This document shows, one piece after another, positions 6,832 to 15,692 of a DNA stretch of 17,919 bases. The position numbers and the translations under genes are program-made. This DNA is from Fidelibacterota bacterium (GTDB lineage Bacteria; Fidelibacterota; Marinisomatia; Marinisomatales; TCS55): contig JAPNQO010000099.1 in the NCBI GenBank assembly GCA_027251445.1, positions 1 to 17,919 on the forward strand, given 5' to 3'. Position 1 is the first letter of the stretch. Each line of letters opens with the position of its first letter. Under the pieces are notes generated by a model. That model was not told the origin of the DNA, did not search any database, and worked only from the letters and a program-made list of their open reading frames with translations.

Positions 6832-9156
6832 ATGCATCTTAAATCTTTCAAGCTTGTTCTATTCTTTTTCTCATCAATACTTTTTGCTCAGATTTCTGGT
6901 ACTGTTACAGATTCTGTTAGTGGAAAGCCAATTGAAAATGTTAACATAACAAATGGTGTTATTGGAACTACAACAAACTCATCTGGTAATTTTTTAATTA
7001 ATGTGCCCACAGATACAGAATTAGAATTTTCCCATATAGCATATAAGTCTAAATTAATTATTGCAAAAGAAGTTATATCAGTGAAGCTAGTTGCAACTGT
7101 TATTGAATCAGATCAAATAACTGTAAGGGCAGGACTTTCAGATGAATCACTACAAAATTCAGTTACTAGTGTTCATATTATTACCGATGAAGAAATTCGT
7201 GATTCTGGATCTGATCATTTTCAAACATTAACAGATCAAATTCCAAATGTTAATTGGTCTGGGGGGACAAGTAGACCAAGATACTTTCAGATAAGAGGAG
7301 TTGGAGAAAGAAGTCATTATTTTGGTGAAGGCCCACCAAACTTTTCAGTGGGGTTTGTTATCGATGATATGGATTTTAGTGGATTAGGAATGATAGGCCA
7401 TTTATATGATCTGAATCAGATAGAAATTTTCAGAGGACCTCAATCATCTGTTTATGGGGCTAATGCTTTGGCAGGATTGATTTCAATTAAATCTAAAGAT
7501 CCTATTGATCAATTTGAAATGGAGGCATCAACAAGCTTAGGATCGGATAATCTTTATGGTATAAATAGCTTAATCAATCTGGAATCTATATATGGTCTAA
7601 AAATTAGAGTATCGGGAAGTTATAATTATAGTGATGGATTTAGAGAAAATTTATCTAAAAATGTTTCCAATACAAATAAGCGAGAAGAATTGTTTTCTAG
7701 AATGAAATTGAATTTTAAATCCAATAATAAATTAAATCTTCTCGCAACATTTATTTATTCTGAATTAAATAACGGATACGATACCTGGGCACCTGATAAT
7801 AATAAAGATTTCAAAACTTATAGTGATGATGTTGGCCAAGATAGTCAAACATCTTACGGCTATTCTTTACGTGTTGATTTTAATGGATATTATAACACTG
7901 CGCTTATAACATCATTTACTAATACTGATTTAGTACATTCTTATGATAGTGATTGGGGAGATAGCCTTTATTGGGCAATAAATCATAATTGGAGTCCAGA
8001 GTCTTTTCCAGATTCTTATTATACATACAAATATTTTGATCAAAATAATAAAAGTCGTTCAAATTTCACTCACGAATTACGATCTTCATTTGGCCCTGTT
8101 TTATTTGGAATTTATTATAAAGATTTAAATGAAAAAGATACGGCCATCGGTTGGCTATTCAATGGAGCGGCTACTGACGCAACAAGTGATTTTCAATTTA
8201 GGACTATGGCTGCCTACTCACAATTTAGACATAAATTTTCATCTTCATTTAATTTTAAGGCTAACTATCGAATTGAAAATAGTCAATATGATTATAATGG
8301 CACTTCACAAGGTTACAATGAATATTGGGAGAAAGTATTTTTAGATTCAGTTACATTTAACACGAATGAAAGAATGATCGGTTTTCGTGGTGCATTCACC
8401 TATGTAAAAAACCTTTCAACAAGTTATTATACTTCGTTTTCTCAAGGCTATAAATCTGGAGGTATAAACCAACAACCTTATTTAGCTGATTCTAGCCGAC
8501 CTTATAAGCCTGAATTTATTCAAAGTCTTGAATTTGGTTTTAAGCGAAAGTCAGATACATATAGATCAAATTTTACCTTCTTCTTAAGCAGACGAATAGA
8601 TCAACAGGTTTCAGTATCAAGCCAACAAGATGAAGGAAATCCAAATAGTTTTCTATTTTATACAGGAAATGCAGGCTCAGGAAAAAATAGCGGAGTTGAA
8701 TTTGATTATGCGCAAGATATTCTGAATTCTTTATCATTTAATGCAAGAATTGGAATACTAAATACATGGGTAGATAAATTTGCTTATAAAACAGAAAATG
8801 GAGAAGCTTATGGTGGAGATAGAGAGGCTTCTATGGCCCCCAAGTTTATGGGATCATTGGGTTTCCATTTTTCAATATTAAACTATGATATTATCACAAA
8901 TACTACTTTTAAAGACGAATATTATTTTTCAGATAGTCATAATAGCAAATCGGAACCATACTCATTAACAAATATATCAATCAGAAAATCATTTAAAAAA
9001 TTAGATGTAAGATTTTGGGTTAGAAATATTTTAGATAAACGATATGCAATCAGAGGATTTTATTTTGGCTTAATTCCTCCAGAATTTGAAAATAAGCTTT
9101 GGTTAAGTTATGGAGACCCCAGACAATTTGGTGTAACCGTAGATTATAACTTTTAA
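6832..9156 (+). CDS. TonB-dependent outer-membrane receptor, predicted thiamin / thiamin-precursor uptake
   Basis: Signal peptide; carboxypeptidase-regulatory-like N-terminal extension (ISGTVTDSVSGKPIENVNI); plug motifs (FQIRGVG, IEIFRGPQSSVYGANALAGLI); SQGYKSGG; C-terminal VRNILDKRY...GDPRQFGVTVDYNF ending in Phe. Substrate is inferred from the riboswitch. Confidence 0.9.
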   Translation: MHLKSFKLVLFFFSSILFAQISGTVTDSVSGKPIENVNITNGVIGTTTNSSGNFLINVPTDTELEFSHIAYKSKLIIAKEVISVKLVATVIESDQITVRAGLSDESLQNSVTSVHIITDEEIRDSGSDHFQTLTDQIPNVNWSGGTSRPRYFQIRGVGERSHYFGEGPPNFSVGFVIDDMDFSGLGMIGHLYDLNQIEIFRGPQSSVYGANALAGLISIKSKDPIDQFEMEASTSLGSDNLYGINSLINLESIYGLKIRVSGSYNYSDGFRENLSKNVSNTNKREELFSRMKLNFKSNNKLNLLATFIYSELNNGYDTWAPDNNKDFKTYSDDVGQDSQTSYGYSLRVDFNGYYNTALITSFTNTDLVHSYDSDWGDSLYWAINHNWSPESFPDSYYTYKYFDQNNKSRSNFTHELRSSFGPVLFGIYYKDLNEKDTAIGWLFNGAATDATSDFQFRTMAAYSQFRHKFSSSFNFKANYRIENSQYDYNGTSQGYNEYWEKVFLDSVTFNTNERMIGFRGAFTYVKNLSTSYYTSFSQGYKSGGINQQPYLADSSRPYKPEFIQSLEFGFKRKSDTYRSNFTFFLSRRIDQQVSVSSQQDEGNPNSFLFYTGNAGSGKNSGVEFDYAQDILNSLSFNARIGILNTWVDKFAYKTENGEAYGGDREASMAPKFMGSLGFHFSILNYDIITNTTFKDEYYFSDSHNSKSEPYSLTNISIRKSFKKLDVRFWVRNILDKRYAIRGFYFGLIPPEFENKLWLSYGDPRQFGVTVDYNF

Positions 9157-9168
9157 GATTTAAATTTA

Positions 9169-9594
9169 TTAATCCCTAGAGGGATCAATTTTTTTACGAT
9201 CTTTTTTCTTCAAGCTTATAAAGCGTTTATTTTTTAACCTTTTTTCATTACTACTTTTACTGGGATATGTTGGTTTTCTTTCTTTTGGTTTTTTAGATGC
9301 TTCTTTTAGTAAGTATACCAGTTTCTCTAATGCATCTTTTCTATTGAGTGCTTGAGATTTGTGTCTACTAGATACGATAATTAGATCTCCATTTTCGTTT
9401 AATCTTGATCCAGCTATATTTTTTAACCTTTGCAGAAAGTTATTTGAAATATTTAATGATTTTAATACGTTAAAACGAAGTTGTACCGTTGTAGAAACTT
9501 TATTAACATGTTGACCGCCTGGCCCAGAAGATCTAATAAAAGTCTCTTTAATATCTGTTGTATTGATATAAATATTATTTGATATCTTTATCAT
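9169..9594 (-). CDS. arfB: Alternative ribosome-rescue peptidyl-tRNA hydrolase ArfB (YaeJ)
   Basis: FIRSSGPGGQHVNKVST (GGQ motif), SQALNRKDALEKL and a basic C-terminal tail (RLKNKR...KKKDR); 141 aa. Confidence 0.95.
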   Translation of the reverse strand: MIKISNNIYINTTDIKETFIRSSGPGGQHVNKVSTTVQLRFNVLKSLNISNNFLQRLKNIAGSRLNENGDLIIVSSRHKSQALNRKDALEKLVYLLKEASKKPKERKPTYPSKSSNEKRLKNKRFISLKKKDRKKIDPSRD

Positions 9595-9668
9595 GTAGGT
9601 TTATTAATTAATTGCTATAGAATATTACTGTTTACAAACAAAAATATCAAATAGACTCGTAGAGCAAT

Positions 9669-9704
9669 TTGCCAGTTGAGCTTGCTAAGACATAATGGTA
9701 ACTT
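9669..9704 (+). promoter_or_regulatory. Putative overlapping sigma70 promoters for polA
   Basis: TTGCCA (9669-9674) - N16 - CATAAT (9691-9696), and TTGAGC (9676-9681) - N17 - TAACTT (9699-9704) with an extended -10 TG at 9696-9697. Confidence 0.4.
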
Positions 9705-9713
9705 CATTAACTT

Positions 9714-12434
9714 ATGAATACTAAGAAAAGTAAACGAAAACGCATGTTTCTTATAGATGGCTATGCCATGTTATACAGAGCTCATTATGCAATGATCCGT
9801 AATCCACTAATAACATCATATGGATTGCCAACAAGTGCATTGTTCGGGTTTTTAAACCAGTTATTCAGAATCTTAAATAAAGAAAAACCGGATTACGTAG
9901 CTACAATTTTTGATAGAAAAGAAAAAACTTTTCGGCATAAAAAATATCCTGATTATAAAGCAAATAGAGACCCCATGCCTGAAGAACTTCAAATACAATT
10001 ACCACATTTATGGAAATTAATTGAAGCCCTCCAAATAATAAATTTATCTAAAAAAGGGTATGAAGCCGATGACATTATTGGGACATTGGCTATTGATGGT
10101 GTAAAAAATAATTTAGAAGTATATATAGTTAGTGGTGATAAGGACTTTATGCAACTTATTAATGATAATGTTTTTCTTTATGCTCCAGGAACAAAAAATA
10201 AACCTGATAAAGTATATGATAAAGATGGAGTTAAAGATCGCTGGGGTGTTCCACCAGATAAAATTATAGATCTATTTGGTTTGATGGGTGACTCTTCAGA
10301 TAATATACCTGGAGTATCAGGAGTGGGGCCAAAGTCAGCAATGAAACTCATAAATGAGTATGGTACATTAGAAGAAACACTAAACAATGCTGATGCTGTT
10401 ACCAATAAAAGGGTTCGAAATGGATTATTAGATGGAAAAGAAAGTGCTATAATTAGTAAAGACCTAGTTACAATAGTTACTAATGTACCAATAAAATATA
10501 ATTTTGAAGATCTTGAAAAAAAGGAATTAAATATTAATTCAGTAGAATCCTTATTAACAGAATATGAGTTTCATGCGCTTATAAATCAACTTCCTGGAAC
10601 ATCAGATTTATCAGAAACAGTTGTAAAAAAATCAAGTAAAGATTATAAGATTATTAAAGATTTGGATGAATTAAATAAATTTGTTCAATCAATAAAACCA
10701 AAAACAATATTATCCTTTGATATTGAAACTGATGGGCTAAACCCTATGCAGAATAACATAGTAGGGTTGAGCTTTTCAACAAAAATAAATACGGGTGTTT
10801 ATATACCAATTGAATTTAAAGATAAAGAAAAAAATCTCTTTGGAGAAGATGATATTGGTACTGTGATTGAAATAATTCGACCAATAATGGAAGATGAAAA
10901 AATATTAAAAACTGGACAAAATATTAAGTTTGATATGCTGATATATAAACGATATGGCGTCAATATTAATGGACTAATATGTGATAGTATGTTAGCAGCC
11001 CATATACTTAAGCCAGAGGCTCGTTCATACAAGTTAGATAATCTAAGTATCGAATATCTAAATTATAAAATGATCCCTATAGAAGAACTTATTGGAAAGG
11101 GAAAAAATCAAATTACTATGGCAGAAGTTGAGCTAGAGAATGCGGGATATTATGCCTGTGAAGATGCAGATATAGCATTGCAATTAACTAATATATTTTT
11201 AAAAGAGCTTAAGGATTCAGATTTGGATCATTTTTTCAATAAAATTGAATTACCACTTATTGATGTGCTATTGAACATGGAATATGAAGGTGCATTTGTA
11301 GATGAGGAAATGTTAAAAAATATGTCTAGTGATTTAAGTAAAAAAGTTGAAAAACTATCAACTGAAATAATTAAAGAAGCTGGTTCAGAATTCAACATTA
11401 ATTCAACGCAGCAATTAGCAAATATATTATTCGATAAATTAAATCTTACAAAGATTAAACAAAGATCTACAGCGGAACCAGTTTTAGAAGCTCTTCGCAA
11501 AGAGCATCCTTTGCCAAACTTAATATTAGATTATAGAAAGCTTACAAAATTAAAAAATACTTATTTAGACAGTCTACCTCCACTGATCAATAAAAAGACA
11601 GGCAGAATTCATACAACTTTTAGTCAAACTATTGCTTCAACTGGACGTTTATCAAGCAGTAAACCTAATTTCCAAAATATACCAATTCGAACTGAAGAAG
11701 GTCGTGAAGTTCGCAAGGCATTTAAAGCACAAAAAAAGAATTGGCTTATCTTTTCTGCTGATTATTCTCAAATAGAATTGCGAGTTATGGCGCATTTAAG
11801 TAATGATCAGTCGCTTATAGAATCTTTTAATGAAAATGAGGATGTTCATACTAGGACTGCTAGTGATGTATTTGGTGTTAAAATAAATGATGTTCTTCCA
11901 GATATGAGACGAACTGCAAAAGTTGTCAATTTTGGTATAATGTATGGGGCAGGGGCTTTTCGTCTAAGTCAAGAGCTAGGTATACCAAGGAGTGAGGCAC
12001 AAGGCATAATTGATACTTATTTTAAGAGATATGCTGGTATAAGAAATTATATGGATAAGACTATTGAAAATGCAGAAAAACAAAAATTTGTAGAAACTCT
12101 ACTTGGACGTAGAAGAAATATTTGGAATGTAGATAGTGAGAATCATATTCAAAGAGAAGCAGCAAAAAGAATGGCAATTAATATGCCGATTCAAGGAACA
12201 GCTGCCGAAATGATAAAGCTTGCAATGTTAGATATTAATCGAACGTTAGAAAGTGAAAATTATAGATCCCGTATGATTTTACAAATTCATGATGAGTTAT
12301 TATTTGAATCACCTGAAGAAGAAATAGATAAACTTGAAGAAATGGTTAGAGATAAAATGGTTAATGCAATGCCTCTTATCGTCCCTTTAGTAGTAGATTG
12401 TGGAAGAGGAATTAGTTGGTTTGATGCTCATTAA
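9714..12434 (+). CDS. polA: DNA polymerase I
   Basis: 5'-3' nuclease (LIDG, EADD, SGDKD, GDSSDNIPGV); intact 3'-5' exonuclease motifs (FDIET, QNIKFD, YACEDA); polymerase motifs TGRLSS, ADYSQIELR, KVVNFGIMYG, QIHDEL. Confidence 0.99.
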   Translation: MNTKKSKRKRMFLIDGYAMLYRAHYAMIRNPLITSYGLPTSALFGFLNQLFRILNKEKPDYVATIFDRKEKTFRHKKYPDYKANRDPMPEELQIQLPHLWKLIEALQIINLSKKGYEADDIIGTLAIDGVKNNLEVYIVSGDKDFMQLINDNVFLYAPGTKNKPDKVYDKDGVKDRWGVPPDKIIDLFGLMGDSSDNIPGVSGVGPKSAMKLINEYGTLEETLNNADAVTNKRVRNGLLDGKESAIISKDLVTIVTNVPIKYNFEDLEKKELNINSVESLLTEYEFHALINQLPGTSDLSETVVKKSSKDYKIIKDLDELNKFVQSIKPKTILSFDIETDGLNPMQNNIVGLSFSTKINTGVYIPIEFKDKEKNLFGEDDIGTVIEIIRPIMEDEKILKTGQNIKFDMLIYKRYGVNINGLICDSMLAAHILKPEARSYKLDNLSIEYLNYKMIPIEELIGKGKNQITMAEVELENAGYYACEDADIALQLTNIFLKELKDSDLDHFFNKIELPLIDVLLNMEYEGAFVDEEMLKNMSSDLSKKVEKLSTEIIKEAGSEFNINSTQQLANILFDKLNLTKIKQRSTAEPVLEALRKEHPLPNLILDYRKLTKLKNTYLDSLPPLINKKTGRIHTTFSQTIASTGRLSSSKPNFQNIPIRTEEGREVRKAFKAQKKNWLIFSADYSQIELRVMAHLSNDQSLIESFNENEDVHTRTASDVFGVKINDVLPDMRRTAKVVNFGIMYGAGAFRLSQELGIPRSEAQGIIDTYFKRYAGIRNYMDKTIENAEKQKFVETLLGRRRNIWNVDSENHIQREAAKRMAINMPIQGTAAEMIKLAMLDINRTLESENYRSRMILQIHDELLFESPEEEIDKLEEMVRDKMVNAMPLIVPLVVDCGRGISWFDAH

Positions 12435-12458
12435 TAAAGGTAAATAAACTGTAAAGAT

Positions 12459-13385
12459 ATGGAAGCAAGTATAACATTAAAAAAAGTTGGCAAACGTGTA
12501 GGAGATAAAACAATACTTGCTGGTTTAACCTTTGGAGTTGAAAAAGGTTCTCTTGTCGCAATTATTGGTGAAAATGATGCGGGTAAGTCAACATTATTGC
12601 AATTATTAGCTGGATTCGAAAACCCTGACTATGGAAACGTTTTCATACATGGTATAGATTCTGTAAAAAGGAGAAAAGATTCCCAAAGCTACACTGGATA
12701 TGTACCACATGGATCTGATTTAGATCTTGAGCTATCAATTGAAGAGAATATTAGATTTTTTGGCTATATCTATGGAATTAAAGAAGAAACAATAATTCAA
12801 AGAATTAATAGGTTTGCAAACGATTTAAAAATATCAGAAATATTACATACACCAGCTGCACTAGTCTCTCCTGGAAATAGAAAGAAAGCCATGATTGTTC
12901 GCGAACTTGTTCATGACCCATCTATCTTGATTATAGATGAACCAACTGCTTTTATGGATGCTCCATCAACTAGACAAACATGGGATCTACTTCGTAGTTT
13001 GTCAGGAGAAAAAACAATTATTTATGTCAGCCAATATTTACCTGAGGTTGAACAGTCAAACGATAGAATTTTAGTTATGCAAAATGGTAAGATCATTTTA
13101 GATGGAACTCTAGATAAATTATTAGAAAGTACTTTACAATATCATCAATTTGAAATTGAATTTGTTGAGTTATCCAAGGATCTTTATAATAAATTAACCT
13201 CTATATCTACTATTGTAAATCCTTCCAAAATAGGTAATACTTTACATTTTTATGGACGTGAGAGATCTGTTTTTTTTCAAGTGCTTCATGAAGCTGCTGG
13301 ACAGCTAATGAAAGATCTGACAGTTAAAAAATTAAGTTTACGTGATCTTATGGATTCTGAATTTGCAGGTAAAGGTTTAGATTGA
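12459..13385 (+). CDS. ABC-2/DrrA-type ATP-binding protein with atypical motifs
   Basis: Walker A GENDAGKST, Walker B ILIIDEP, C-terminal SLRDL typical of DrrA/GldA-like subunits. Signature, Q-loop and H-switch deviate (see findings). Confidence 0.9.
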   Translation: MEASITLKKVGKRVGDKTILAGLTFGVEKGSLVAIIGENDAGKSTLLQLLAGFENPDYGNVFIHGIDSVKRRKDSQSYTGYVPHGSDLDLELSIEENIRFFGYIYGIKEETIIQRINRFANDLKISEILHTPAALVSPGNRKKAMIVRELVHDPSILIIDEPTAFMDAPSTRQTWDLLRSLSGEKTIIYVSQYLPEVEQSNDRILVMQNGKIILDGTLDKLLESTLQYHQFEIEFVELSKDLYNKLTSISTIVNPSKIGNTLHFYGRERSVFFQVLHEAAGQLMKDLTVKKLSLRDLMDSEFAGKGLD

Positions 13386-14131
13386 TCAAAACATTCTTAT
13401 TAAGAAGTTTTTGGCTTTTACGACAAAGATTGATTTCTACAGTTACTTTGATCCTTTTATTGCCAATTATAATATTTTTAACAATTTCAATTGGAATGAA
13501 CAATATAATAATGGAAACGATGGATAACATCTCTTACGAAGATTGGGTGTTCCCTGGGTTGGTAATGATAATAAATACAATTATAATTGCTCCAATTATT
13601 TTTCGTGATTTTTATTATTCACGTTTAGAATCAAAAACCTTATTTACGTTATCACTTACACCTTTATCAAAATTTCAAATTATAAGTTATTTAATAATAT
13701 CTGCTACAGTTGAAGGCTTAGTACTCTCTTTGCTTCCTTTCTTTATTTTATTATATCTGATGGAATTAGCAATTGGAATCACAAGCTTTATTTATATCAT
13801 TTTGGCAGCCTTTATCTTCAATATAATTATTGGAAATGCTTTGGCTACACTCTCATTATCATCTAATAAAATCAATACTATTCTTGTTTCGGCTTCTATT
13901 ATGTTATTATTTATATTTTATAGTTCACAGCTATTGATTGAATTTGAATTTTACCCAGCAAGTATAATAGATATTTTCAATCTTTTGCCTACTACTATGA
14001 TATTAAACTGGTATAGATCAGTAGAATTTGAAGGAGTTTTCAATATAAATTCATTTTTTATTCCACTCGCTATTGGGTTTGTATGGCTTTATATAAATAG
14101 TATATTAATTAAACGCGTCTTCAGTCAATGA
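13382..14131 (+). CDS. ABC-2 type permease
   Basis: About six hydrophobic segments; YEDWVFPGL, LSLTPLS and NLLPTT..R patterns of ABC-2 permeases; TTGA overlap with the ATPase stop. Confidence 0.85.
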   Translation: MIKTFLLRSFWLLRQRLISTVTLILLLPIIIFLTISIGMNNIIMETMDNISYEDWVFPGLVMIINTIIIAPIIFRDFYYSRLESKTLFTLSLTPLSKFQIISYLIISATVEGLVLSLLPFFILLYLMELAIGITSFIYIILAAFIFNIIIGNALATLSLSSNKINTILVSASIMLLFIFYSSQLLIEFEFYPASIIDIFNLLPTTMILNWYRSVEFEGVFNINSFFIPLAIGFVWLYINSILIKRVFSQ

Positions 14132-14589
14132 TAGCATATCTCTCTGGTGCAATGGAATATGCGCAGGATGAGGGAGAGGCCTGGCGTGATTCTATAAGTG
14201 AATGGCTTTCCATAAAACTAGGGCATGATGTTATAAACCCTGTTGAGGAATCTAGATTAATTATTGAAAAAACAAATTCGTATGAATATCGTGATTGGAA
14301 AGACACTGATATAAAACGATATAAAGAATTTATGCATCAATTTGTTGTTCAAGATATCGAATCAGTAACTAAAGAGGCAAATTATATTATTTGTCTATGG
14401 AACAAAGATGTTTTTAGAGGTGCTGGTACACATGGTGAGGTGACTTTAGCATTTGAACATGGTATTCCAGTTTACTTAATAAGTCAGGTTCCAAAAACTG
14501 ATTTAAGCGGATGGATAATAGCTTGCAGCACAAAAATTTTTGATAATTTTGAAGAATTGAAATTATTTCTTTTGAAGAAATTTGGTTAA
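14128..14589 (+). CDS. Nucleoside 2-deoxyribosyltransferase / DNPH1-like N-glycosidase fold protein
   Basis: AYLSGAM, WR, VINP, QDIESV, GAGTHGE and GIPVY match the NDT/Rcl fold with a Tyr-Asp-Glu set; ATGA overlap with the permease. Confidence 0.72.
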   Translation: MIAYLSGAMEYAQDEGEAWRDSISEWLSIKLGHDVINPVEESRLIIEKTNSYEYRDWKDTDIKRYKEFMHQFVVQDIESVTKEANYIICLWNKDVFRGAGTHGEVTLAFEHGIPVYLISQVPKTDLSGWIIACSTKIFDNFEELKLFLLKKFG

Positions 14590-14594
14590 ATATA

Positions 14595-15686
14595 ATGTTC
14601 TCTCCCAAAGCGATAATCCACCTAGAAAACCTAAAATATAATTATCATTTATTAAAAGATCAGTTAAATGATGTGCCGATTATGGCTGTAGTAAAAGCAA
14701 ATGCCTATGGACATGGTGTAATTGAAATTTCAAGAACTTTACGTGATGAAGGAGTGAAATTTTTTGGAGTTTTTACTTTTTCTGAAGCATTAGAATTAAG
14801 AAGCGCTGGAATTGATGAAGAAATTCTTGTTTTTTGTAGGCCCTCAAAAGAAATGATAGAAATAGCTTATGATAAAAATATTACTTTAAATCTTTCTGAT
14901 CCAGATGATCTTAAATTATTTCGTGGAAATAGATTCAGTCCAAAATTTCATTTAAAATTAGATACTGGAATGACCAGATTAGGAATATCATTAGATGAAT
15001 CATATAAAATTATTAAAATAATTAAAAATGAAACACTCAAATGCCATGGAATCTATAGTCATTATGCTACGGCAGATGAAGGTGATATAACTTATGCAGA
15101 ACATCAACTGGATCAATTCAAAACAATATTAGATTTTATCAAAGAAATAGATCTTTCTATTAATTATATACATTTTTCTAATAGTGGTTCTATTATTAAT
15201 ATTCCTCATAGCTCATATAACTTAGTTCGAGTTGGAATGCTATTATATGGAGCATATCCATCAGATGAAGTTTCAAAGGACATTCCTATCAAACCAGTGA
15301 TGGAATTCAAAGGGCCTGTTGTATCATTAAGGAATATAAAGGCAGGAACAAAAGTAAGCTATGGTGGAGTTTGGGAAGCCCCTAAAGATACTATAATAGG
15401 AGTAATTCAAACAGGCTTTGCTGATGGGTTTCCTCGGGAGTGGTATATAAATGGATATATTTCACTTAAAGGGAAAAAATATCCCATTGCAGGACGTGTC
15501 TGTATGGATCAATTTATGGTAGACTTTGGAGATGCTGAAGTAAACATAGGAGATGAAGTGCTAATTTTCGGGCAGAACAATAAAGATAAAATATTAGTAG
15601 ATGATATAGCGAAAGATATTAAGTCAACAAGTTATGTAATATTGAGTAATATTGGAGGTAGAACAGAAAGAAAATATATTAATTAA
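14595..15686 (+). CDS. alr: Alanine racemase
   Basis: MAVVKANAYGHG (PLP lysine), HLKLDTGMTRLG, VRVGMLLYG, VSYG (catalytic Tyr), GRVCMDQ. Confidence 0.97.
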   Translation: MFSPKAIIHLENLKYNYHLLKDQLNDVPIMAVVKANAYGHGVIEISRTLRDEGVKFFGVFTFSEALELRSAGIDEEILVFCRPSKEMIEIAYDKNITLNLSDPDDLKLFRGNRFSPKFHLKLDTGMTRLGISLDESYKIIKIIKNETLKCHGIYSHYATADEGDITYAEHQLDQFKTILDFIKEIDLSINYIHFSNSGSIINIPHSSYNLVRVGMLLYGAYPSDEVSKDIPIKPVMEFKGPVVSLRNIKAGTKVSYGGVWEAPKDTIIGVIQTGFADGFPREWYINGYISLKGKKYPIAGRVCMDQFMVDFGDAEVNIGDEVLIFGQNNKDKILVDDIAKDIKSTSYVILSNIGGRTERKYIN

Positions 15687-15692
15687 TTAAAA

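Noticed and set aside
4302..8344. ORFs 4302..4499, 5915..6103, 5993..6355, 8129..8344
   Set aside because: Fully nested in well-supported genes (antisense or alternate frame); no independent evidence.
9681..9690. 10-mer CTTGCTAAGA shared with the OPT promoter (minus strand 6683-6692)
   Set aside because: One shared 10-mer containing a -35-like TTGCTA is plausible by chance, and the flanking dyad is not retained.
9714..12434. polA as a phage-like or proofreading-deficient polymerase
   Set aside because: Full three-domain Pol I with intact Exo I-III motifs and the usual Phe in motif B.
14128..14589. NDT-like gene as an anti-phage effector (retron Ec86-type)
   Set aside because: No reverse transcriptase, msr-msd, cyclase or fused DNA-binding domain; the context is housekeeping.
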